Shown piece after piece: positions 11,454-23,902 of a stretch of DNA of 64,000 nucleotides. Position numbers and translations under genes: made by a program. The DNA comes from Felis catus (Eukaryota). The notes under the pieces were generated by a model. The model saw nothing but the letters and a program-made list of their open reading frames with translations, had not been told where the DNA came from and ran no database searches. The stretch is from positions 147,562,001 to 147,626,000 of the forward strand of contig NC_058368.1 of the NCBI RefSeq assembly GCF_018350175.1, written 5' to 3'. Position 1 is the first letter of the stretch, and each line of letters begins with the position of its first letter.

Positions 11454-14400
11454 TACTAAACTACTTTAAATGCTTTTTTGGAATAGGTGAAAGGAAAAAG
11501 TCTTTATTCCTCCTGGGTAAGCAATACAAAATAATGGGGAGACACCTTAATTATCAGGCTATTGATATTTATAAACTTTAAACATTTTGCTTATGTATTT
11601 TTTTCTCCATGGGGTTGTTGCTAATGAGTTATCCACCAGTAAGATAGATTAAAAATACTCAAGCAATTTATTCCAAAAAGGAAAAAAAAATCTATTTGCT
11701 CTTTAAGATCAGGTGTTTGGAGAGTATTTTTTTGTGTGTGTGTGCTTGCTTTTGTTTTTGGCCAATACCTGAAAAACCTTAATTTTCAGGGGGAAATACA
11801 CCAACTATATTATAAAAATTTGGATGACAAAATTAAACATATTCAAAGAAAGCATAAAAATCATGCTTTAAACAGAACTACCAAGTTTAAAGTAGAAAAA
11901 AAAAGTTACACTGAGCAAAATTTGGGTAGTGAAGCTCTGAACTTCAGTTTCTCTATTTATATAATGAAGGTGGTTGGAAAGAAAAATATTGAACTTTATC
12001 GCGTTCTGAAATTCCCCGACTGCTAATCAGTTTATTCTTCTGACAATTTAATATGTTGAAAAAGTGAACTTGTTTAACTCATTCTTTCATAGCTTGAACA
12101 AGTTCTTTGACGGGTCTTTGTTATAGTGTCCCTGTAGCAGTAAAAATGAAATAAAAATAAAGTTAAAAGACATAATTCTACAGAACAATAAAATCTGGGA
12201 TCCATTTGTAGCTATGATAAAGACTGTTTTACATGTATCTACAATCAATAAAAGGAGGAAAAAACATCTCTGGAAGTTCAAGGCTCTAGAATCACGCCTA
12301 CAAGCTCAGACAGTCAGGCTGAATTTATATGAAGCAGAAACTGCATAAAGTTATGAGAGCCATTACAGAAAAAGTTCCATTAGTCTTTTAGCTGAAATAA
12401 ACTTCAGGAGACAAAAATACAGTGTGGACTAGGAAGGCAAGGGGGTTGAGGGAGTGAAGATGAATTTTTTAGTGGAAAGAATGAAGTATGATATTTAGGA
12501 AGCTAAGTAAGCCTGAATGGATACTGGAACAGGTCGGCAAGCTTCTTGGTTGAGAAAGTGAAAAATTGCTTGCCAATCCTAGGGTTAGAAATGCCTTGCG
12601 TGCTCTGGGAGGTCTTTTGATTATCTTATCTCAGAGGTTCAATTTGTAGTGAATGAATAATCTTATCATTTAAGGTTGTTGATTATTAACAAAAGGAAAT
12701 TTTATCTGAGGAAAACAATGGCTTTTTCATGGAAAGTAATACAGCATTAGATCACCTCATGTAAAGAAACCAACAAAAAAACAACTTTTAAATTATTTCC
12801 CAGAATACCAAGCTGCAGTATTTGGGGAAAATAGGAATTAGGACTTTTAAGAATCTATTTTGAGAACTGCCAGCAAACAATGAGGGTCCTTGATTTAGCA
12901 ATTTGGATAATAATTATTTTATTCAATTAATACTCAAATCTCTGCTAAAACGCCATTTCTTCTGAAGACTATTTCCTGGCTAATGCTTTTTCCTAAAACA
13001 TAACTCCTGGCAGAAACTTCTATCCTTTAATTTCAACCTAATTCAAATCCTCTATTAGCACTTCCTTCTCAGAAGTGTAATTGTTTCTTACATGGCCATA
13101 TCTAAGATTTATGTTATTTAAAAGGAAGTAGCCGTATCTTATTAAAATCTCTGTTTTCATTGCATGAACCTCATGCTAGTCACTTATAGGCACTTAGTAG
13201 TTAATGAGCAAATGAATGATTACCAATACAAACAAGCATTTGTCAGTCCAAGGCTTATCCCAATTTATATGTAACAGCTTAGTCTCATCGGACATTCTGA
13301 TTTATTTTTTGACCAAAACATTATTTGGTTTGAGATAAAATTCTAGTAACTTCCAGAAACCTTGGATGCTTATCAAAATTATCCATGGAATATTTAGAGA
13401 TTGACTTATCACCTAATTGATAAATCTAAATTCTTGCCTAATCTGTTCTTCATGGCTTAATACACATGTAGTAGACAGCTGTGTGAATCTCAAAAGTTGA
13501 ATTTATTATGAACTTCTGAAATGTCTATTTCCAACTGCATGCTTTAATTTTGCCCTGTGGTTTAAAGATTTATCAAGTGCATTTTCTGAATGCCTAGAAA
13601 AGGCCTAGCACACTGAAATTGTCTTAATATTAATTATAATAAACCCTTTAAATTTAGGTAATATAATTTTCAGTTCTATCAGGTGATTAAAATTTAATTC
13701 TATTTCCTAAAATTACTGACATATGTTTACATGGGAAAGGGTATTAATGTTTATCAAACTTAAAGTCTAAGGATTTAAAACTAGGCTGTTACTCTATGTA
13801 AATTTATATCCAGTGTTACATGTAAGGTCAACCATACAGTAAAGTGCCTGGGCAGTTATTCCTGGAAGGTATGTGATTCTTCATCCTGACCAAATTTTAT
13901 TTATCATTAATTTTATTTACCATGAAAGCTAGGAGAATATTCTTAAGAAAACCAGAAACTATAAATGGACCAGAAAAACCTGTATATTGTAATTAATGAC
14001 AGCATTCCAATATATTGGGATCAGACAGTCATGTTTGCAGATCCTGGTTTTGTCACAGAGTTAAGTTATTTAAATCTATACAACTCAGTATCTTGATCTA
14101 CAAAATTCAAGATGCATTCTTCATAACAGAAATAACCCTCAACAAACGCCAGATGTTATTACTACTTTACTGTCTAGCTTTTCTTTTTTCTCTCCTACCT
14201 TGTTCTTACCAATCTGATTTTTATTTTCTCTTATTCTTACCTTTTTTTTTCATTTTGTCTTTCTACTTCCTTGGATTTGATGGCAATTCTGTTATTCACT
14301 GCCATTCCTCTCCAAATAGAATTTGAATTAAATATTTATTCCAAATAAGATACAAAACTAAAAAAGAGACCTTATCTTCCATTTCTTTCCCTATCTCCCT

Positions 14401-16284
14401 AATCACAAGGTCTCTGTCCCTCTTACTCTCCCCCTTCCCTCATTTACACCCTAATTAAAGATTAGCAAATAATTTTGATATATAAAAGGACAGATTTAAA
14501 ACTAATGAAGCTATCAAAGAATATTTAATGCATATCAGAAAATGAAAACATAATTGAAAGATGTACTGAACAAAAAATTTAAGAAGCCTGAGAACAGTTT
14601 TCAAATTTTAACATGTTTATGTTGCAGGAAAAACAATGGCCAAATCAATGTCAGGAAAAGAGATGGGCTCAATATAAAAAATGAATTTATAAACTCGAGT
14701 TATGACAATGAAGCAAGCAGTGATTTGGGGAAAGTGGCATCAGTAGTCAGAATTTTAGCTTTATCTGAATCATAGCCATGTCCAATGCAAAGAGTAATTT
14801 GTTATCTGTCATTCTCTGTGCTTCTGGTCCATGGTGAGTTCCAACATTAGAGAGACCATATTTCAGAGTAAGAAACAAACAGAATACTTCCAAATTATAT
14901 GAAACGAAGATGTTTCCACATTGCATCTTCTTTCTTCTATACTACAGAAATTGTGTTGGCCTATCTTTCTAGGCAAATAAAACCCACAAGAAGTCCATCA
15001 AACTTTATGGGGTGATGTTATGGAAAAGTTCCTGAAGCACTATGCTAACTGAATTGTATTAGGGTTTTGGGATGGCTGTTCTCAGGAAACTCCAGTGTGA
15101 TTCCACCACTGGCTTTTACCCATCTTATCTAATCAGAATTACATCTTAGAAAAGTGCTTTGCTAATCTTATTATCTGAAGCTATAATATAAAGCTTTCCA
15201 CTGACATAGGACATTAACTTCTCCTATATCCATTACAACTTTGTTGCTTGATAACAATCTACTTATCTTTGTATTTTTTGGAGAAAAGATTTTTATTGTC
15301 TAGCCATCTCAATCCTAGCATTATGGTGAAAATCGAAAGATGAAAACAAAGTACAGTAAACTCAATATTACTAAAATATATACTTAGGTAAACTTCTGTT
15401 TAACAGAATGAAAGGTGGTCAGAAGAACAGTGAGTGCTTTGAAGAGAGGAAGTAGTGAATCTTTCAACTAAATACAGTGTTCATAAGTTGACTTTGTGAA
15501 AATCAGCACATCAGAGCAATATCAGACACTTTATTCTGCTCTGAAATTTTAGCACTTTTAGGTCCCTACATTGTTCCTGGCCAAATATAAAAGGTGGGAA
15601 AATAAAAGACCATTGACCTTCCAAACCTTTACCTGTAAATTTAAGGTACAAGCAAAGGTCAACAACAGTTTCTTTAGGCTTAGAGGTAATTCTTGACAAG
15701 TTCAAAAGATGTCAGTGTGAAAAATATGTGAGAGCTCCTATTTTATTGAATTTACTGTGGTGCAGTAAGACTTTCATTCCTGGAGACACCTGAAAGAAAA
15801 CTGGAGTCCCTGACACAAAAAAGTTTTAGGGTTTAAAATTTGGACCTTGTGAGTCAAACACAATCATAATTTAAAACTGTATATGAATGTGAGAAAAAAC
15901 ATGAAATAGTTGAGTAGTATGTATTTATGATCCTGTCTCATCCTGACATTTCTATGAGATGTTGTCCCTGATTTCAGAAGTACCTGAGAAAAGAGAAAGG
16001 GGTAGGTAATTTATCCAAGATAAGAGAACTAAGAAAACATGAGACAGAGTCTGAAATCAAGATGGTGAGGGAGATAAGCAGACTGTGAAAGAGAAACTCA
16101 TTTAGGTCATTCAAAGGCATCAGTGTTCTCAACAGATAAACACAAAATTTCCATAAGAGAAACATCTTCATTAAAAAGGCAACTGAAAATTTCAAATTTT
16201 GCAATAGACCATTTTCTAAGTGTGTTTTGAAATGTGTCACCAAAAACGTTTTTAAAGAAAAAAAATTAGAATTTTTTCTAACCT

Positions 16285-16740
16285 TGTTAGGGGCAGTAGC
16301 AGTAAGATACCAGCTCATGTTTATTATGTCCAGCAGACCCAAGGTACACAGGAGCCCAGTGTCTCCAGGCACTGGCACCATAGCCCCTGCAGGTCATCCA
16401 AGGTAAGTGTCAACAAGGAGAATCCCCTGCTTCCAAGATGAGCCCCCCATTCCTATCTCTTCTCCCCAAGCCCGCAGCTGGAGCTGGTTTCCAGCCCTAG
16501 GAGAACCTGCCCAACTCCAGCCTGTGGTAATTCAGCAGGGATGGCCACGATGTGAGCACTAAATTGGTGGAAGCAACAAAGACCTCCAGACACAGACAAG
16601 ACCCAAAACACTGGAACTCATGCTCCATAACCATCCTCCACTGCTGCTCCAGCTTCTGTAGGCAGAACTTCTGGTGAAAAAGCCAAAGGGCTCCTGGGTC
16701 CCCAAAGCAGGTGAAGGGGATTCGTGTATCATCTAAGATA
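16285..16740 (-). mobile_element. Probable old solo LTR, family not recognised
   Basis: GC-richer block in AT-rich DNA; minus strand ends aataaa...cccctaaca. Confidence 0.4.
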
Positions 16741-17358
16741 TATGGAAACTGATTTGTTTTTTTCCTTCAACTGACAGCAATTCCTCAACCTCTTGAGAAG
16801 CTCTACAATTTTTAGTAAATACTGTCATTAGTAGGCTTTCCTCCCGATGTCCCCCCGAATTCTGCTTCATGAAAATTCAAAGCAAAATCCTTAATACCTG
16901 TCCTTTACAGAAACAGAGAGTATTTGCTCTATGAATTTTTTCAGTTCTTTCATATACAACACATACTGGGGAAATTTTAGTTTTTCCTTAGTTATTATGC
17001 ATCTCTATCTAGTCTTAAGATTCTATAGCTTTTAATCTTAAGCTTCTAACAACCAGTTCATATTACTTTAATCTTTTCAATAATGTAGACTTACATATTT
17101 AATTTCAAAATACTATATCACTATCATTTAATATATGACTCCTATCATTTAGTATATAACTCTCTCTCTAATCTTAATTTTTCTGGAAACTAGTAAGTAA
17201 TTCCATATCTTTAAATTTATAATCTTTAATCTCAAAGATGATACCATTTATTTTATTCTGCAGAAGTCAACTTACTCTGGAAAGACCATTCTACAAATTT
17301 TACTGCTCTGCAGTAGCAGGGCTACATAAGTACAAGTACTACAAATGTTGAATTCTGT

Positions 17359-18855
17359 GGAACCACAAAAGACCCTGAATAGCGAAAGCAACCTTAAAGA
17401 AGAATGAAGCTGGAAACATCACAGTTTTTGACTTCTAGCTATGTTGCAAAGTTTTAGTAATCACACAGTATGATATTAGTATGAAAACAAACCAATGGAT
17501 AATGGAACAGAATAGACAGCCTGGCAGTAAGCCCACACATATATGGACAATTCGTTCCTGAGAAAGAAACCAAAAATATAAACTGGGAAAAGAATAGTCA
17601 TTAAATAAAATGATGTTCAGAAAACTGGACAACCACATGCGAAGAAGTGTAACTGAACTCCTTACACCAAACACAAAAATGAACTCGAAATGGATTAAAG
17701 ACTTTAATGTGAGTCCTGAAACCAGAAACCTCCTAGAAAATATTGGGGGAGAACTCCATGACATTAGTTTTGGCAATGATTTTTTGGATTTAACACCAAA
17801 ATAAAAGCAAGAAAAGAATAAAGAAAAAAAAACTGTAACTACAGCCAACAAAAAGATTCTATGCAGCAAAGGAAACCACCAACAAAATGAAAAGACAACC
17901 TACAGAATGGGGACAACATATTTGCAAATCATATATAAGATGTTATAGCCAAAATATATAAAGAATTCATAAGACTCAATAGGAAAATAAAAACCAAGTT
18001 ATGAATGGGGAGAACTGAATAGATGTTTTCCCAACGATGACATAACATATGGCCACCAGGTACGTGAAAAGGTGATAAACATTATTAATAATCACGGAAA
18101 TGCAAATTAAAACCACAATGAGAGAGCACGTGAGACCTGCTAGAATGGCTAAAATCAAGAAGATCACAAACGTTTTAGAAAATGTGGAGGAAAGGAAACC
18201 CTTGAGCACTGCTGGTGGAAATGTAAATTGGTCAGCACTATGGAAAACAGTACAGAGGCTACTCAAAAGTTAAAAATAAAACTATGATATGGTCCAGCAA
18301 TTTCACTTCTGGGTATACATCCAAAGGAAATAAAATCAGAATATTATGATATTTGCAATCTCATGTTCATTAGAGCATTATTCACAATATCCAAGATATG
18401 GAAAGAATCTAAGTATCTATTGATGGATGGAAGGATAAAAAAATATATGGTACATTTATACAATGGATTATTATTCATCCATGAGAAAGAAGGAAAATCT
18501 GTCATTTGAGCCAACATAGATGGACCTTGAAGGTATTATGCCAGGTTAAATGAGCCGAAGACAAATACTGCATGGTATCACTTATAAGTGCAATATAATC
18601 AAAAGCCAAACTCATGAAAACACAGAGTAGAAAAGAGGTTGCCAGGAGCTGGGAAGTAACGGAAATATGGAGAGGTTAATAAAGGGTATACACTTTCAAT
18701 ATAAGGTGAATAAGGTCTGAGGATCTAATGTAAAACTATATGACTACAATTTTATATGATATATAGTCAACTATGATGAGTACCGTTGGTAATACTTTAT
18801 GTACAACAGTAATTCACTAAGAGTAGAACTTAAATGTTCTCACAAGAAGAGATTC
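17359..18855 (+). mobile_element. 5'-truncated L1 (L1MA9/carnivore-type), ORF2 C-terminus plus 3' UTR
   Basis: ORF2 peptide LTPNTKMNSKWIKDFNV; degenerate TSD acaaatgt(tg)aattctgt at 17341-17358 and 18856-18871. Confidence 0.93.
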
Positions 18856-18889
18856 ACAAATGTAATTCTGTTCAATTTGGTGACACTGG

Positions 18890-19415
18890 TTTATTAATTT
18901 CCTACTGCCACTTCGAAAAATGTCACACAGTTACGCACTTAAAAGTGCATACATTTATTATCTCAGTTTCTGTAGGTTGAAACAGGCATGGGTTAGTTAG
19001 GTTCTCTGCTCCATCCTAGAAGGCAACAATCAAAAATTTCACCAGATTGTATTCTCATCTAGAGGCTAAACTTGTGAAGAATCTGTTTTCAAGCTCATTC
19101 AAGTTGTTGGTAGAATTAATTTCCTTGCATCTCTAAGACCTAGGACTCCAGTTTCTTGCTGGCTGTTGCCTTTGACTTCCTTAGGTCCTAGAAGCTGCCC
19201 ATAGTCCTATGCCTTGGCTCTTCTTTCTTGGTAGTGTCTAATATGGCTGTTTTGTTTCTTCAAGGCCACTTGTTCCAGTCAGCTAAGACAGTGTCTTATG
19301 CAAAAAACGTATATAACTTTGCCATATTCTATTGTCTAGAAGCCTGGACTTCAGTCAGAGGAACCATATAAGGGTATTACTCATTGGGGTGACCACCCAA
19401 GGTACGTCTGTCATA
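18890..19415 (-). mobile_element. MaLR LTR (MLT1G/H-like)
   Basis: catttattatctcagtttctgtagg; caagctcattcaagttgttggtagaatt. Confidence 0.8.
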
Positions 19416-20699
19416 GGGACCTGTTGAAGGTTTTCTCAGTATCATGACTAAATGACAAAGTGCAAGCATCTGAAAATTAGGCATATATTATTTAATGTTT
19501 TTTCCCATATCGCTCGTAAGGGTTTTGCTTGTTTGTTTGGTTTGTTTTGGTATGAAAGTATGCATCCCTAAAAGGTATATTAAAGAACTTTTGTTCTTAG
19601 CAGTGTTTCTTAACTACTTGAATACAGAGACTACTAACTCATTATAAAATTTTGTAAGAATAACATTCCACTTAGCTTCTATTTTACTTTTATTACAGGA
19701 ACAATAAACTTGTAATTTGCTCCATTTTGCATTTATTCATATCTTGAGGTCTTCTCTTCTTGTAGCAAAACATATTTTTGATATTCAGTTATGGTTTCAT
19801 CTACAATCCTATTTGTTTTTCTTACAAAAAGGGAGAATGAGAGAGAGGAAGCTCTACTGCTAGCAACTGCAGCTTTCAGAATAACAAAGATAGGCATTGA
19901 AAGGCTTGGCTGGGTTGCCATCAGTAGCAAAAACAAAGCATTATTTATGAAGCCTGCCTGGCTACAATTTTCCAATGGTAATTTCTATTCCCTGACTCAT
20001 TCCTCTTTTAGCATACACATTTAATGAAAACATTATGGAACAAAATCCAAAAGCAATCCGATACCAAAGCACACTTAAGTATTGCTTAGCAGGATGAAAA
20101 ATGTGGTAAGAACACATCACTGTGACTGGGATATTAATGGGACAAGCCGTGGCTTCAGAGTGGCTGTGGGTGTAGAACGTGGCACACCAGGTAAACAAAG
20201 TAGCAGTCTTTGCTCTTGGGCCACACAGAAAACCACACCCCTGTGTACTTGTCAGGCTGTCTTCCCTCCTTTTCAGTAAAGCAGTAGCGTTTGTACTTGG
20301 AAGCAGTTTCCTTGTGGAAATCATCACGATGGACCAGACGGCTGAGGTAATAATGTAACCAGGGTTACTGAACATTACACTGCTTGCATTAGCAAGGAGA
20401 TAATATACTTAATCAATCCACAAATACTTTCTGAATTCTTATTAAATGCAAGACACGTAGTGACACATGGGCCTATAATCAGAGGAGATAATGCAAATGA
20501 CAGTACCTTGTAAACTGTAAATCTCTGTTAAAATGTGAGTTATGATTATTTAGAATAACATAACTCATTATTTATATTATTTTCCAGCCTGACCTCTAAG
20601 TGGGAAGACAGTGCTTTTATTCTGTTGAGAGTGGCCCAGAATTATCTGGATTGAAGTACATTTTGGTTACAACAAAGCATCCTGGAAACTGTTTCAAGA

Positions 20700-20839
20700 G
20701 TTTAGCGGTGATGGATGCTAATTAACTTTATTACAGTAATCATTTCACAATATTTCAAAGTGAAAACATTATTCTGTACATCTTAAGTTTATAGGTTATA
20801 TGTGTCAATTACATTTAACAAAACTATTTAAAAAAAAAA
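20700..20839 (+). mobile_element. Old L1 3' end fragment with A tail
   Basis: gtggtgatgg-like start, atgtgtcaattacatttaacaaaactatttaaaaaaaaaa end. Confidence 0.6.
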
Positions 20840-22599
20840 GGGTTAATAGAAAGCAGGTCAAATTCTTAGGAAAGTACCTGCAAGATTCCTTTATTTTCAC
20901 TATGTAATTAGCAAGATAAAGGGTCTTTGACCCCCACTGAATAAATGGACTAAGAGAGAGAACAGTGCATTTGTAGATGACCAGTATTGTAGACTAATCT
21001 ACTTTATTAAACAGTGTTTTCAATTAAAGGTGTTTTTCTGCTATGCAAAGTGCTATAGGCCTCGGTACCATCATGTTATCAGTACATTTACCTTTGATTA
21101 TAAATGTGTAGCCTGGCATAACATTGGTGCATTTTATACATAGAGACATTAAGAAATGGCTCTTATACATTTCACCGGTTATGAAAGGGAAGTTATGATT
21201 TAGCCTTAAGCCAACTTCCCTGCCTTGGGCTGTAGGCTTTTTTTCTTATTTTCTATTTCTTTATCATTTACTGAGCAGCTTCTGTTATTCTTCGTTTCTC
21301 TTCCATGAATGGAGCCCTGGACTCAAGGCAACATATTCAAGAGAGAGCACTAATCCCAGTTACTTATTAAGCGGGCTTTGAATGCTTATAATTCAACGCC
21401 ATCTCTTTTGACTTGTCAATTTCGTGTTTCCTTCAGCTGGAGGGCATATACAGGGAATCTCCTTTTTTTTTTCCTTTCTTTCTTTCTTCTTTTTCTTCTT
21501 CTTCTTCTTTTTTCATTCTGCTTTGCAGTCAGCACCAGTAATAACAGAACATAGACAACCAACGGCTTCCAACCCAGATGGTTTCTGGTGCTGCCTTCAT
21601 GTTCTTAAGTGAAGGAGAGTGAGACTTTGCAAACCATTATAATATCCTTCCAATCTGTGCATTGCCATTTTGATGCTAATGCAGTATTCCTAAAGAATAT
21701 TCCCCAAACTGCTAGTTGCTAAACAGATGCATTCTCCTGACATTCCCCTTCAATTCATAGGGAGTTTTGAATTTAAAGATACATAAAATAGTCTCCTTGC
21801 AGTGAAGGCACTTGCTTCTCTGTTTGCCAGTTGGCATTGCATACTTTTAAGGAAACCTTAATGTGTCTTGATTTTAAACTTAATTTCCACCTCCTTTAAA
21901 TATTGCCAAGCTAATAATCAAGATACCATATTTTAGTACTTGGATTTTTTTTTTTTTTATGTAGAAGGTGCTTGGAGCCTAATTAATATCCTTTGAATCC
22001 TCAAGGAACCTAGCATACTTGAGCCCAAAGCATATTGGGACTGAGATTCAACTCTTCCAAATAGCCTCATTTTACCCACCTATCCACCTGTACAGAGATC
22101 ATTTGGTCAACATTATGCAACAAGTCCTAAAAACCTGAAGTTTTCATTTGAGAGACTCTTACAACATGAGTGATTCCATGGTTATTTGGCATTCTTCTCA
22201 GAATATCCTGATGTTGTGTGGAAAGCTCTTGATCAAGAGTGGTTAAGTATTGAATGCCATATGAAGAAAGCCACCAGACAAGGGTAGGTACCTCCAAGCT
22301 CACTGACTACACACAGAAGATTAAAATTTAGAAAGAAATGAACTTTCCCAGGATAATCTACTTAAAAATAAAAATATGGTTTGATGGTGCATTTTGTAGA
22401 ATTATTCCACAGTGTAGTGTAGTTCCTTTAATTAAGAACAATAGTGCTAATATGGGTGACAGAGATAATGATAGCAGAGGAAGCATTTTTGTTTTAAATC
22501 GGTTAATATTAAGCTAAATTTTGACTAAATGAAATAAAGCTTAATAAATCTAACATAAGAGAAATGTAAATACAGACTTTTTTTCCTTCTCAGTTAAAA

Positions 22600-23185
22600 G
22601 TCAAATAAGCACACATAGGGCTTATAGGTTGAACTACAGGGTCAGGAACTCAAACACACCTACAATTCCATTGTATGACCTTAACCTCATGTCAAAGACT
22701 ATAGCATCTGCGTTATAAGCAGCAGGGTAGAAGGGACAGAAGGCAACAATGTGTGTGGGTGCTAGCTGTCTCTTGAGAATGCTTTCTGGAAGTAACTGTA
22801 CTGCAAAACAACACTTTTTTTATATATTATTTATTTTGAGAGAGACTGAGAGAGAGAGGGAGGGAGGGAGAAAGCAGGGGAGGGGCAGAGAGAAGGCGAG
22901 AGAGAATCCCAAGCAGGCTCCATGCTTTCATCACAGAGTCCCACATGGGGCTGGGTCCCGTGAACCCTGGTCATGACATCATGACCTGAGCTGAAGTGAA
23001 GAGTCAATTAACCTACTGAGCCACCCAGTTGCCCCCAGACCACTTTGTTTTTAATGATTCATTGTCCACACCATACTACCTGGGTGTATCTAGCTGCAAA
23101 GGAGTTGGGGCAATGTGGTCTTCAAGATAAAAATTGAAAGATCCTATTCTTATGGAAGACAGAATAAATTACTGCAGAACAATAC
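22600..23185 (-). mobile_element. Old MaLR LTR remnant interrupted by a SINE
   Basis: cattgtcc..ctagctgcaaaggagttggggcaatgtggtctt MLT1J/K-like motif. Confidence 0.5.
22815..23036 (-). mobile_element. CAN-SINE
   Basis: Reverse-complement head and tail; cacttt repeated at the flanks. Confidence 0.92.
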
Positions 23186-23693
23186 CAGCCATAACTGAGA
23201 ACATATGAAATAAATAGTGACACTTGAAGAAGAAGAATGTACGAATGTCTCCTGAAATGTTATCCAAAATTTATAACAATTTTAAATATATATTTAATAA
23301 CATGTTTAAAATCATTAAATCCTATCTGAATTCTTGCTATAATAATAAAACTGTGTGATTTAAAAAAGAGTCACCATTGTTATAATAGAATTAGAATATT
23401 TCAAGCAAAATATAAACTTCAGATAGGTTGATAAAGTTATTATGGCATTTCAGAGGCATTAAATACAACTTGAGTAAAAAAATTAAAATCATTTAAAAAA
23501 TGTAATTTCTCCTAGAGGCTGAGAGAAATGTGCTATTCCAACACAGTCCGTGAAGATGAGAATTTGATTAATTTTAATGAGAATTTTCAACTTATTAATC
23601 AAAGGAGAAAATTATTTGGTAAAATTAGTAGATTTAATTGGAGAGGCAAGAATAGAGGTAGGCTGAGGGTTGGGTTAGAAGACTGACCATTTA

Positions 23694-23902
23694 GGGGTGC
23701 CTGGGTGGCTCAGTCAGTTAAGCATCTGACTTGAGCTCAGGTCATGATATCAGTGTTCATGAGTTTGAGGCCTTTGCTGACAGCTCAGAGCCTGGAGCCT
23801 GCTTCAGATTCTGTGTCTCCCTCTCTCTCTGCCCCTCCCCCATTCACACTCTGTCTCTATCTCTCTCAAAAATAAATAAACACTAAATAAATTAAAACAA
23901 AA
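23694..23902 (+). mobile_element. CAN-SINE inserted at the start of a MIR
   Basis: Perfect 17-bp TSD agaagactgaccattta (23677-23693 and 23903-23919); MIR-like sequence continues to about 24090. Confidence 0.96.

Noticed and set aside
19733..19975. Apparent terminal exon KTNRIVDETITEYQKYVLLQEEKTSRYE*
   Set aside because: The acceptor would be a weak AAG that also reads as a donor (gtaag); peptide unrecognised and no independent support
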